DNA of 64,000 bases, taken from the NCBI GenBank assembly GCA_035513175.1, contig DATKCN010000250.1:2468-66467 (forward strand), given 5' to 3'. Within the stretch, counting starts at the first letter, position 1, and each line of letters opens with the position of its first letter. The notes under the pieces are model-generated. The model was not told where the DNA came from. It searched no databases and saw nothing but the letters and a program-made list of their open reading frames with translations. A program made the position numbers and the translations under genes. Positions 51,401 through 59,426 of this stretch are shown here, piece after piece. This DNA is from Thermomicrobiales bacterium. GTDB taxonomy: Bacteria > Chloroflexota > Chloroflexia > Thermomicrobiales > CFX8.

Positions 51401-54333
51401 GCTCGCTGGTGCAGAACGCGACCGACGTCACCACGATCATCGACGAAGACGGCATCATCCTGTACGAGAGCCCGTCGGTTGAGGGCATCCTCGGGCACAT
51501 CGCTGACGCTCTGGTAGGCACGAACAGCTTCAGTCACATCCACCCGGACGACACCTACGTGGTGCGTGAGACGATGCGGCACGCGGTTGCGGACCCGGCG
51601 TCTCAGGCGCTCGTGTCGTACCGTTTCCGCCACGCCGATGGCAGCTGGCGCTGGCTGGAGGCATCGGCCCGCAGCCTCGTCGACGATCCGGCCATCGACG
51701 GCATTGTCATCAACGCCCGCGATATCACTGACCGCAGACGGTATGAGTCGTCGCAGCAGATTCTGGCCGACACCAGCGCCGCGATGTCGGAGTCGCTCGA
51801 CTTCGAGGTCACGCTCGAGCGCATTGCCCGGCTGTCCGTGCCCGCGTTTGCCGATTGGTGCGTGGTCAGCATGCTGGATGGCGATGGCGCGTTGCGGCGA
51901 GTCGCGGTCGTGCATCATGATCCCGCCAAGCAGCCACTGGCGGACGCGCTGCTGCATCGCCCTCCATCTGACCAGGACACGTCGAACGGCATTCCGCACG
52001 TCGTTAAAACCGGCCAGACCATCCTGCATCGCCAATTCGCTCCGGACCATCTGGACAGGGATGATCCAGGTGGACAATATCCGATTCTGAAGCAGCTCGG
52101 GCTCGAGTCGTCGCTGGTCGTGCCGCTGGTCGTGCGGGGCGAAACCACCGGCGCGATCGCCTTCATGTACGGCGACTCAGGCCGGCGCTACGACGAGCAG
52201 GATATCGGGCTTGCCGAAGAGCTGGCGCGGCGCGCGGCGACCGCCATCGAAAACGCGCGCCTCCACGGCGAGGTGTCTGACGCCGAGTCGCGCTTCCGCT
52301 CCTTGATCCAGCACGCGACGGATATGATCAGCATCCTCGACGCCGGCGGCATCATCCGCTACAACAGCCCGGCGACTGAGAGACTACTGGGATACCGCCC
52401 CGACGAGCTGATCGGCGCCCATTGCAGCATGCTCCTGCACGCCGACGAACTGCAGACGATATTGAACTTCCTCGAAGACGTCGTGGCGCGGCCGCATGAG
52501 ACCCTTCCAATTACCTATCGCTCCCGGCGGAAGGACGGCACGTGGCGCTGGATTGAGGCGACCGTCACGAACCTGCTCGACGAGCCGGGCATTCAGGGCA
52601 TCGTAATTAACGGCCGCGACGTGACAGAGCGCCGCGCGTCGGAAGAAGTGATCCGAGACAGCGAGGAACGCTTCCGCCGGGCTTTCGACGACGCGTCGGT
52701 CGGCATGGCCGTCGTCAGTCTCGACCGGCTCCTGACGCGCGTCAATCCTGCCTTGTGCCGCATGCTCGGCTATGAAGCGTCTGAGCTGGTCGGCCGGCGA
52801 GGCGGGGACATCAGCCATCCGGACGACGCCCACCTCATCCCACAGCACGTGGAGCGCGTGTTGGAGGGCCGCCAGCAGACCGTGACCATCGAGAAACGCT
52901 ATCTGCACAAGAGTGGAGCGACGATCTGGTGCGTGCTGAGCTCGTCCGCCGTGCGCGACCAGAACGGCAGCGTGCTGTACTTCCTCTCTCAGTTCCAGGA
53001 CATCACCGAGCGCAAGGAGCTGGAGCTGCAGCTCAGTCACCTGGCGCTACACGACAGTCTCACCGGGCTGCCAAACCGCACGTTGCTCATGGACCGGCTC
53101 GACCGCGCGACCTCGACTGCTCGGCGGCATGGAGGAATCGTCGCGGTGCTCTTTGTTGACATGGACAATTTCAAGTTGATCAACGACAGCCTCGGCCACG
53201 CCGTCGGCGACGAGGCGCTCGTCGGCATCGCGCGGCGACTGCAGAGTTGCGTGCGAGACGAGGATACGATCGCCCGGTTCGGCGGCGACGAGTTCATCAT
53301 CATGTTGGGCAGGATCGGTCACGCGGCGAGGGCGATCGAGGTGGCTGACCGCGTCCTGGAAGCCTTCAGACAGCCGCTCAGAATACACGACCGTGACATG
53401 ATCATGAGCCCGTCGATTGGCATCGCGCTCAGCGAGGGCGGCCTACATGACCGCGACGAGCTGCTGCGACACGCGGACATCGCGATGTACCGCGCCAAAT
53501 CCGGCGGCAAGTCCAGCTACAACCTGTTCGGCACGGCGATGCACGACGAGGCGCTGCAGCGGCTTGAGCTGGAGCACGACCTGCGGCGGGCGCTGGACCG
53601 TGACGAGTTCCGGCTCGACTTCCAGCCAGTCATCTCGATACCGACCGGAGAGGTCATCGGATTGGAAGCCCTCGTGCGTTGGGCGCATCCCGAGCGGGGC
53701 ATCGTTGAGCCGGATGATTTTATCCCCGTCGCCGAGGAGACCGGGCTGATCGTGCCGATCGGCGAATGGGTGCTGGGCGAGGCGTGCCGCCAGGCAGCGG
53801 GCTGGCAGGCGACTGGCGGCAACAGCAGCGGGCTGCGAGTCGGCGTCAATCTGTCCGCGCGCCAGTTCCGGCAGCCTGCGCTCGTCCAGCAGGTCGAAGC
53901 GGCCTTGAAGGGTTCGAACCTGGCGCCGGAGCTGCTCGTGCTGGAGCTGACCGAGAGCATCCTGATGGAGCATGCCGGTGAAGCGGTCGACCGCCTGCGG
54001 GAACTCACGGCGCTGGGAGTGCGGATCGCGATTGACGACTTCGGGACGGGCTACTCGTCGCTGGCCTATCTCAGGCGCTTTCCGGTCGGGATACTGAAAA
54101 TTGACCGCTCGTTCGTCAGCGGCATCGGACAGGATACGGAGAGCGCCGCGATCGTGTCGGCGACAGTGGGTCTGGCGCACACGCTCGGCATGTCCGTCGT
54201 GGCCGAAGGGATCGAGACGATCGAGCAGCTGACGGTGCTGCGCAACCTCGGCTGCGACAGCGGGCAGGGCTACTTTTTCTCGCGCCCCATCCCGGCGTCC
54301 GAGATCGCCGCCTACCTGCGCGTCGCCGGTTGA
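48418..54333 (+). CDS. Multi-PAS/GAF sensory diguanylate cyclase/phosphodiesterase (GGDEF + EAL)
   Basis: 1971-aa ORF with about 10 PAS/PAC repeats and two GAF domains. GGDEF domain with intact RFGGDEF. EAL domain with ELTES, DDFGTGYSS, KIDRSF. The start is uncertain: the TTG at 48418 lacks an SD, while the in-frame TTG at 48493 has GGAGG 5 nt upstream. Confidence 0.9.
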   Translation: MNTLPRSHGNSALRGVAVATRQEALLLHKPLLAPLSRDIEPDDSLASGLPDRSDRGASDSTRNRYRALVRHGVEGVSVLRADGTALYQSASIARHLGVDVDLGPDGNLLNLVHPDDIVAVRASLQRVIDRPRARETVEYRFLLPDGSCRWIESTMSNLLRDPEVGGIVVTSRDMTDLKRRERDSRLLSEASATLGSSLDYVETLERVARMSLPDFADWCSVTLLDEDGTPVRVTVAHRDMSKQPIAEELMRAPSDSGVPLGIARVLSTGRTDFCPAVLQTEWRATLDDELGPILEALGVVSWVTSPLTLRGETIGALAYVYGDSGRRYTAEDVQVAEEIARRAAVAIDNARLHEQAHIAEQKYRSVVEQVPAAMFIEQVGHGLVYISPQAEEIFGYTAQELLSEPDRWLSMVHPDDVDAVRDKLRRADETGDQYDMESRYITRDGRTVWLRTDALLRHDEGGAPSQWQGFITDVTAHKAALADITQLASIVSSMTDAVTGADLDGRINSWNLGAERLYGFSAAEAMGVLLSEFVPVDRVQELENVRARVFAGEPSVHAETVRRRKDGSLVDVAMTISLIRDAAGEIVGTSAISHDISARKLAEAERGESERRLRAVVDYSPIGIVTLDRAGVILTANHAFQRMLGYTEDELRGNTPAHLFAWTNGLQNPAEFEELVTGKIDQYAVERLYARKDGGRVWGRISISAVRDDDGSFVQSVSMVEDITEQRRAEDALRDSEARFRSAFDDAAVGMALFGIDGRFMSANPALCEMLGHASDELIGQPGLRFSHPDDTEAISDLRDRVLRGETDSYQIETRYLHRSGATVWCAVSAAVVRDESGEPLYMVTQFQDVTERKLAGEELRRSEERFRAVYENAPIGIVILNPHGDVVSANAAFERMTGYTEAEMRAMPFDDFIPQEERAASDRRFGDLVTGQIDRYTTERRYVRKDGQILWASLAISAMRDEDGRFLHTVSMIEDVTEARDAEEALRRSEHRYRSLVQNATDVTTIIDEDGIILYESPSVEGILGHIADALVGTNSFSHIHPDDTYVVRETMRHAVADPASQALVSYRFRHADGSWRWLEASARSLVDDPAIDGIVINARDITDRRRYESSQQILADTSAAMSESLDFEVTLERIARLSVPAFADWCVVSMLDGDGALRRVAVVHHDPAKQPLADALLHRPPSDQDTSNGIPHVVKTGQTILHRQFAPDHLDRDDPGGQYPILKQLGLESSLVVPLVVRGETTGAIAFMYGDSGRRYDEQDIGLAEELARRAATAIENARLHGEVSDAESRFRSLIQHATDMISILDAGGIIRYNSPATERLLGYRPDELIGAHCSMLLHADELQTILNFLEDVVARPHETLPITYRSRRKDGTWRWIEATVTNLLDEPGIQGIVINGRDVTERRASEEVIRDSEERFRRAFDDASVGMAVVSLDRLLTRVNPALCRMLGYEASELVGRRGGDISHPDDAHLIPQHVERVLEGRQQTVTIEKRYLHKSGATIWCVLSSSAVRDQNGSVLYFLSQFQDITERKELELQLSHLALHDSLTGLPNRTLLMDRLDRATSTARRHGGIVAVLFVDMDNFKLINDSLGHAVGDEALVGIARRLQSCVRDEDTIARFGGDEFIIMLGRIGHAARAIEVADRVLEAFRQPLRIHDRDMIMSPSIGIALSEGGLHDRDELLRHADIAMYRAKSGGKSSYNLFGTAMHDEALQRLELEHDLRRALDRDEFRLDFQPVISIPTGEVIGLEALVRWAHPERGIVEPDDFIPVAEETGLIVPIGEWVLGEACRQAAGWQATGGNSSGLRVGVNLSARQFRQPALVQQVEAALKGSNLAPELLVLELTESILMEHAGEAVDRLRELTALGVRIAIDDFGTGYSSLAYLRRFPVGILKIDRSFVSGIGQDTESAAIVSATVGLAHTLGMSVVAEGIETIEQLTVLRNLGCDSGQGYFFSRPIPASEIAAYLRVAG

Positions 54334-55748
54334 GACGCCACTGATACAGCGGCGCCGCACTCGGCTACGCGCATCGCCAGTTGCGGGGCGAGCCAGTACG
54401 GCGGCAGGTAGGCAGGGATGTTCGAAAGTGGCAGCACCTCCGGCTTCAGCTGGATGCCCAGCGCGTCTCGCATGAACGCGCGGCGGGCCTGGATGCGGGA
54501 CCACGCTTCCGGGTAGCGAGCCTCCATCTCCGCCCGCATCGCGTCGTCTGCCAGCGCGATGCCGTCCTCGATGTTGGACATGTGGTACGCGGAGTGTGTG
54601 AGCGGGATGACATCGACCTGGATCATCATGCCGGAACGCAGCTGGTCGGCAGATCCCTCGTACATCGGCGACGAGACCCACTCGTCGAGGTGCAGCAAAT
54701 GGCCGGGGTTGAGCCCGACACCGAAGAACGCATCTCCCAGGCGCCGGTTGACGATCGACCACAGCTCTCCGCCCGTCACGCCGATGCCGATCGTCTCGTA
54801 CCACTCGACGATCGCGGCGAAATAGGGAGTGACGAGGCGCTCGACGTAGTCCGGCGCCTCCGGCGGCAGACCCGCGGCGGCCGCGACCAGAAATCCGGCT
54901 CGCGCCGTGTTCCCGCCCCACACGCCGATGGCTGCGAAGATAGGATCCCCCACGCGCAACGTGTAGGACGACGGGCTGGGTATGAACATGGCGGTGCGCG
55001 GACCGGCGACGAGAATCGGGTGATCCGAGAGGGGGATGCCGTTCAGCCCAGCCAGCGGCATCGCCTCCAGCTCGCTCATGCCGGGGCGCGCGCCGAATAT
55101 CAGGTTGCGGACGAACTGTGAGGAATAGGTCGTCGCGAACTCGAAACGTGCCAGTTGTTCGACCTCGTTGATCGCCCGCATCCCATCGACGGGGCTCATG
55201 AACAGCCGGTTGGCGTTGCGGACCTCGCGGACGATCGCGCGGATGGTGTCGGTGATGAAGGATGGCGCGTCGATCCACAGGTCCGGCTCCGGCGCTTCGA
55301 CTGGCTCAAAGTACTTCCAGCCCGCGACGCCGACCGTTTGTCCCGCGCCGAGTCCGGCGTCGCCGAGGAGGTCGCGCAGCGGCTTGCTGGTAGAGCGGGG
55401 CTGTCCCGGCAGGGAGAACGTCTGACATAGCACGCGGTCCAGATCGACCGGCGAAACTGCCGAATACGCCATCCCCTCGTTGCCGACGAGCAGCGTTGGC
55501 CTGCGTTCCGGCACAAGCACGAGCAGCGCCTCCTCGAAGCGGGGGTCGTAGCCTGTCAGGTATGTCATGTTCGCGAAGTGCTCGCGGTCCGCGTACACCA
55601 CCAGCGCGTCGAGCGTGGCGGCGGCAGCCCGCTCCCGCGCACGACGGATGCGCTGCTCGTACAGCGCCGCCGAAATCTCCGGCTCGCTCCCCGGTAGCCC
55701 GAAATCCGGCAGCTCGATCCTGGCCAGCTCAATGCTTCTGGTAGACAT
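54312..55748 (-). CDS. M24-family (creatinase/Xaa-Pro peptidase fold) metallopeptidase-like protein
   Basis: 478 aa. N-terminal creatinase/prolidase-like domain (LDALVVYADREHFANMTYLTGYDPRFEEA) and a C-terminal pita-bread-like region (GVGLNPGHLLH...MMIQVDVIP...IEDGIAL). The 3' end overlaps the convergent sensor gene by 22 nt. Confidence 0.6.
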   Translation of the reverse strand: MSTRSIELARIELPDFGLPGSEPEISAALYEQRIRRARERAAAATLDALVVYADREHFANMTYLTGYDPRFEEALLVLVPERRPTLLVGNEGMAYSAVSPVDLDRVLCQTFSLPGQPRSTSKPLRDLLGDAGLGAGQTVGVAGWKYFEPVEAPEPDLWIDAPSFITDTIRAIVREVRNANRLFMSPVDGMRAINEVEQLARFEFATTYSSQFVRNLIFGARPGMSELEAMPLAGLNGIPLSDHPILVAGPRTAMFIPSPSSYTLRVGDPIFAAIGVWGGNTARAGFLVAAAAGLPPEAPDYVERLVTPYFAAIVEWYETIGIGVTGGELWSIVNRRLGDAFFGVGLNPGHLLHLDEWVSSPMYEGSADQLRSGMMIQVDVIPLTHSAYHMSNIEDGIALADDAMRAEMEARYPEAWSRIQARRAFMRDALGIQLKPEVLPLSNIPAYLPPYWLAPQLAMRVAECGAAVSVASQPATRR

Positions 55749-55860
55749 GACGACGCTCCCCGCCTGCTCAGTGCCACACTTGGCCCAGCCGCGTCTGCGT
55801 CCTCATTATCCCAGCATATCCGCGCTATGCTTAGTGTCGATAGCATGAAGGGAGCGCCCC

Positions 55861-56367
55861 ATGGACGCCTATCTGGCGATCATCTCAAAGCGCGAAGTCC
55901 GCAGCTACAGTGACACGCCGCTGGCGGATGACGCGTTGACCCGCATCCTGCAGGCCGGCCGAGCGACCGGCAGCAGCCGAAACCGTCAGGAGTGGGAATT
56001 CATCATCGTGCGGGGACAGGACGCGCTGACCCGCCTGGCGGAGACCGTCTCCGCGCCGGATAACGTCCGGGGCTGTCAGGTGGCCGTCGCGGTCGTCCTC
56101 ACCGGTCAGCCGGACTGGGATGGCGGGCGCGTCGCGCAGAACATGATGCTGGCCGCCTGGGCCGACGGCATCGGCTCCTGCCCGAACACGCCGCGTGACC
56201 GCGACGCGTGCTACCGGATACTTGGCGTGGCGGAGGACGCGCAGATCGCAACGCTCATCTCACTCGGCTACCCTCAGCGGCCCATCCGCGTCGACTCCGA
56301 TCCGGACGCAATCCTGCGCCGTATCAACCGCAAGCCCCTGGCGGAGCTGGTTCGGTATGTTGAGTGA
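55861..56367 (+). CDS. Nitroreductase-family flavoprotein
   Basis: 168 aa. ISKREVRSYSDTPL...ILQAGRATGSSRNRQEWEFIIV is a typical FMN nitroreductase N-terminus. GAAGGGAG SD. Confidence 0.85.
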   Translation: MDAYLAIISKREVRSYSDTPLADDALTRILQAGRATGSSRNRQEWEFIIVRGQDALTRLAETVSAPDNVRGCQVAVAVVLTGQPDWDGGRVAQNMMLAAWADGIGSCPNTPRDRDACYRILGVAEDAQIATLISLGYPQRPIRVDSDPDAILRRINRKPLAELVRYVE

Positions 56368-56487
56368 GTCGAGACGGGTGATGCGGGACGCGGGACGCGA
56401 TCCTGCAGGATTGTTGATCCCCAGGATGCCGAGGATGTTCACCTGCCCCAATCCATTACTCCCTGTTCCCTGTTCCCTGTTCCCTGA
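56362..56487. repeat. Heptamer-array locus: GAGTC-GAGACGGG..GATGCGGGAC GCGGGAC GCG (56362..56399) and (CCCTGTT)x3+CCCTGAA (56461..56487)
   Basis: The left part overlaps the nitroreductase TGA (56365..56367). It shares GATGCGGGACG with 31282..31292, and CGGGACGCGGGACGCG (56384..56399) is the reverse complement of 31708..31723. The right array ends at the purD upstream region. Confidence 0.7.
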
Positions 56488-56514
56488 ATGCTCCTCACCG
56501 CTCCGGAGACAGAC

Positions 56515-57789
56515 ATGAACGTGCTGGTCGTCGGCGGCGGCGCGCGGGAGCACGCGCTGCTGTGGAAGCTGGCGGCCAGCAGCCGCGTGGGGCGGCTGTG
56601 CTGCGCGCCGGGCAACGCCGGGACAGAGCTGCTGGGCGAGAACCTGAGCATCGCCGTGAACGACTTCGACGGGCTGGCGCGCGCGGTGGAAGCGCGGGGC
56701 ATCGATCTGGTCGTCGTCGGTCCGGAAGACCCGTTGTCGCGAGGACTGGCGGACTTCCTGCAGCAGCGCGGTCATCTCGTGTTCGGGCCCACCGCAGCGG
56801 CGGCGCAGATCGAGAGCAGCAAGGCGTGGGCGAAGGAGATCATGACTGAGACGGGCGTTCCGACGGCGCGCGCGGTCGTCTGCCACTCTGCCGCTGAGGC
56901 GCTGGACGCCGTCTACGACGCCCCGCTGCCGCTTGTCATAAAAGCAGATGGGCTGGCGGCGGGCAAGGGTGTTGTCGTCTGCCAGACCCGCGACGAGGCA
57001 GATACCGCCGTGCGCTGGATGATGGAAGATGGCGCGCTGGGCGGCGCTGCCCGGACGCTGCTCGTCGAGGAATGTCTGAACGGCGTCGAAGTCTCTTGCC
57101 TGGCCGTAACCGACGGCGAGACGGTCCTGCCGTTGCTGCCCGCCTGCGATTACAAGCGCATCCACGACGGCGACCTCGGACCGAACACCGGCGGCATGGG
57201 GGCCTACTCGCCGCCGGGGTTTCTCGACGACAGCACGATCCGGGCGGTTCTCGACGACGTGATCGCGCCGGTAATCCAGGGCATGGCCCGGCGGGAGATC
57301 GTGTACCGCGGCGTGCTGTACGCCGGTCTGATGATGACGCGCACCGGACCGAAGGTGATCGAGTTCAACTGCCGCTTAGGCGATCCGGAAACCCAGGTGA
57401 TTCTGCCGCTGCTCGACTCCGACCTGCTGACGCTGTGCGAGGCGACCGCCCGAGGAGAGCTGGCGAGCCATCCGGGTCTCGCATGGTTCCCCGGCGCTTG
57501 TGTCGGGGTCGTGCTGGCGTCGGGCGGTTATCCTGGCCCACACACCACCGGACACGTGATTCACGGGCTCGACGCTGTCCCGGGCGACGCCGTCGTCTTC
57601 CATGCCGGAACGACGCGCCGCGGCCACGACATCGTCACAGCAGGAGGCCGCGTGCTGACAGCGGTGGGGCACGGGGCCGACATGACCTCCGCCCGAGAGG
57701 CAGCCTATGACACCGCCCGGGAAATCTCGTTTGCCGACATGCACTACCGCTCCGACATCGCTTTGCGCGAGCTGGAGCCCGCGCCCTGA
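56515..57789 (+). CDS. purD: Phosphoribosylamine--glycine ligase
   Basis: ORF trimmed to ATG 56515 (MNVLVVGGGAREHALLWKLAAS...), with GGAGAC 5 nt upstream. CAPGNAGT, ATP-grasp core, and the C-terminal GGRVL..V motif. Confidence 0.92.
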   Translation: MNVLVVGGGAREHALLWKLAASSRVGRLCCAPGNAGTELLGENLSIAVNDFDGLARAVEARGIDLVVVGPEDPLSRGLADFLQQRGHLVFGPTAAAAQIESSKAWAKEIMTETGVPTARAVVCHSAAEALDAVYDAPLPLVIKADGLAAGKGVVVCQTRDEADTAVRWMMEDGALGGAARTLLVEECLNGVEVSCLAVTDGETVLPLLPACDYKRIHDGDLGPNTGGMGAYSPPGFLDDSTIRAVLDDVIAPVIQGMARREIVYRGVLYAGLMMTRTGPKVIEFNCRLGDPETQVILPLLDSDLLTLCEATARGELASHPGLAWFPGACVGVVLASGGYPGPHTTGHVIHGLDAVPGDAVVFHAGTTRRGHDIVTAGGRVLTAVGHGADMTSAREAAYDTAREISFADMHYRSDIALRELEPAP

Positions 57790-57794
57790 CATCA

Positions 57795-57828
57795 CAACAC
57801 CGGCTGGACAATGTCCAAGCCGGTGTTG
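57795..57828. terminator. Hairpin after purD (11-bp outer + 4-bp inner stem) between convergent genes
   Basis: CAACACCGGCT-ggacaatgtcca-AGCCGGTGTTG, starting 6 nt after the purD TGA. No U-tract. Confidence 0.55.
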
Positions 57829-57881
57829 CGGGGGAGGGGATTGGGAGGAATGTCAGGTCAGGTCGCGCGCATCAACGCTGG

Positions 57882-58601
57882 TCAGGCGGCGAACACGCGG
57901 TTGTCGGTGCCGATCTCGACCCAGCCGTGCTTGACGGCGTAGAGCACCGCCTGCACCCGGTCGTGCACGCCGAGCTTGCGCAGCACGCTCGTCATGTGAT
58001 TCTTGACCGTCTGCTCGGTAATGAACAGCGCGTCGGCGATCTCCTTGTTTGAGAGCCCCTGCGACACGCAATCCAGCACCTCGACCTCGCGGGTCGACAA
58101 GTTGATCGATGTCGTTGGCGCAGGCGTGGTGACCTGCTCACCGGCGCCCGCCAGGTTGCGGAACTCACTGAAGACCTTCCAGGCAAGCTGTGGTCGTGAT
58201 AGCAAGGTTGCGTTGATCGGCTGCTCGCCGGCCGCGACGGCGGCGATCGTGGCCACCAGGTCCTGGGCCTCGATCTCCTTGGTGACGAAGGCGGACGCTC
58301 CAATGCGCACGGCCTCCATCAATCGCTCGTCATCCATGTGCATCGAGCACATGATGATCTTGGCCTGCGGGTGCTGTTTCTTGAGAATGCGGGCGATTTT
58401 GAGGCCGGTGACTCCCGGCAGCTGGATGTCGGACAGGATGATGTGTGGCTGATGGATGCTGGCCACCTGGATGGCCTCGTAGCCGGATTCGGCTTCCGCG
58501 ACGACCTTGAAGCGCCCGCCTTCCTCGATGATGCGGCGCAGGCCGTGACGGAACAACGGATGGTCATCGACGATCATCACTGTATTGCGTACGATAGCCA
58601 T
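57882..58601 (-). CDS. NarL/FixJ(LuxR)-family response regulator
   Basis: ORF trimmed to ATG 58601 (AAGGAG 6 nt upstream). Receiver domain (VMIVDDHPLF...ILSDIQLPG...K) plus C-terminal LuxR HTH (LSTREVEVLDCVSQGLSNKEIADALFITEQTVKNHMTSVLRKLGV). Confidence 0.9.
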   Translation of the reverse strand: MAIVRNTVMIVDDHPLFRHGLRRIIEEGGRFKVVAEAESGYEAIQVASIHQPHIILSDIQLPGVTGLKIARILKKQHPQAKIIMCSMHMDDERLMEAVRIGASAFVTKEIEAQDLVATIAAVAAGEQPINATLLSRPQLAWKVFSEFRNLAGAGEQVTTPAPTTSINLSTREVEVLDCVSQGLSNKEIADALFITEQTVKNHMTSVLRKLGVHDRVQAVLYAVKHGWVEIGTDNRVFAA

Positions 58602-58888
58602 GTCGGGCTCCTTTTCGTCACCATCGCGAATCATTGAGAGAGCAGTGCTGTATCTGTATTGAGCGTAGCGCTGGGCTATCAATTGCGTAATGGCGCAAAG
58701 TGGTGAACCATTAGGACCAATGCTCCTACATGACCTCGGTACCCAGGTCCTACCGGCTTTCGTGACCTCAGCACTTTGGGGGATGTGGGACGCGCCCGAT
58801 GTCCGAACGTGCGGTCGATGCAGAGGCGCGCGCGTCGATGCGCAACGCTCCGGCGGCAGGATCGTTTGGATGTCCAGGGGAAGCTGCG

Positions 58889-59413
58889 TCAGCCGGAGTC
58901 GCGCAGGTGGGCGAGGATGGCAGTGATCGTCTTTGCGTCGGCGATCTCGCGGGCGGCGATCAGGGCGGGCGCCGCGTCAGGGGAGATGGGGACGATGCTC
59001 AGGTTCTCGTCCTGCTCCGGCCGCGCGCCGATGTCCCGCAGACCCGTGGCCCGATACACGATCAACTCCTCGTTGCACCAGCCGGGACTGATGAAGTAGC
59101 GCAGCAGCAGCTCGACGCTGTCGGCGGCGTAACCGACTTCCTCGTGCAGCTCGCGAATCGCCGTCTGGAGATGCGCCTCTTTCGGTTCGCGCGTCCCTGC
59201 CGGAACCTCCAGCAGCTCGCGGCCGACGGCGTAGCGGAACTGGCGCACCAGCACGATGCGCCCGTCATCGTGCACCGGCAGGATTGCGACCGCGCCCGGA
59301 TGCTCGACCACCTCCCGCGTCGCCAATCGCCCGGATGGAGTGCGTACCTGATCGACGCGCACCCGCACCAGCTTGCCGTCGAACGCCACTTCAGACGAGA
59401 ACCGCTCTTCCAC
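58889..59413 (-). CDS. NUDIX hydrolase (ADP-ribose pyrophosphatase-like)
   Basis: 174 aa. Nudix box GTREPKEAHLQTAIRELHEEVGY. GTG start. Confidence 0.85.
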   Translation of the reverse strand: MEERFSSEVAFDGKLVRVRVDQVRTPSGRLATREVVEHPGAVAILPVHDDGRIVLVRQFRYAVGRELLEVPAGTREPKEAHLQTAIRELHEEVGYAADSVELLLRYFISPGWCNEELIVYRATGLRDIGARPEQDENLSIVPISPDAAPALIAAREIADAKTITAILAHLRDSG

Positions 59414-59426
59414 GCCATGACACCCT

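Noticed and set aside
53443-55278. 611-aa minus-strand ORF bridging the sensor and M24-like genes.
   Set aside because: It is antisense to the EAL domain and out of frame with the M24-like gene. It is an Arg-rich shadow ORF.
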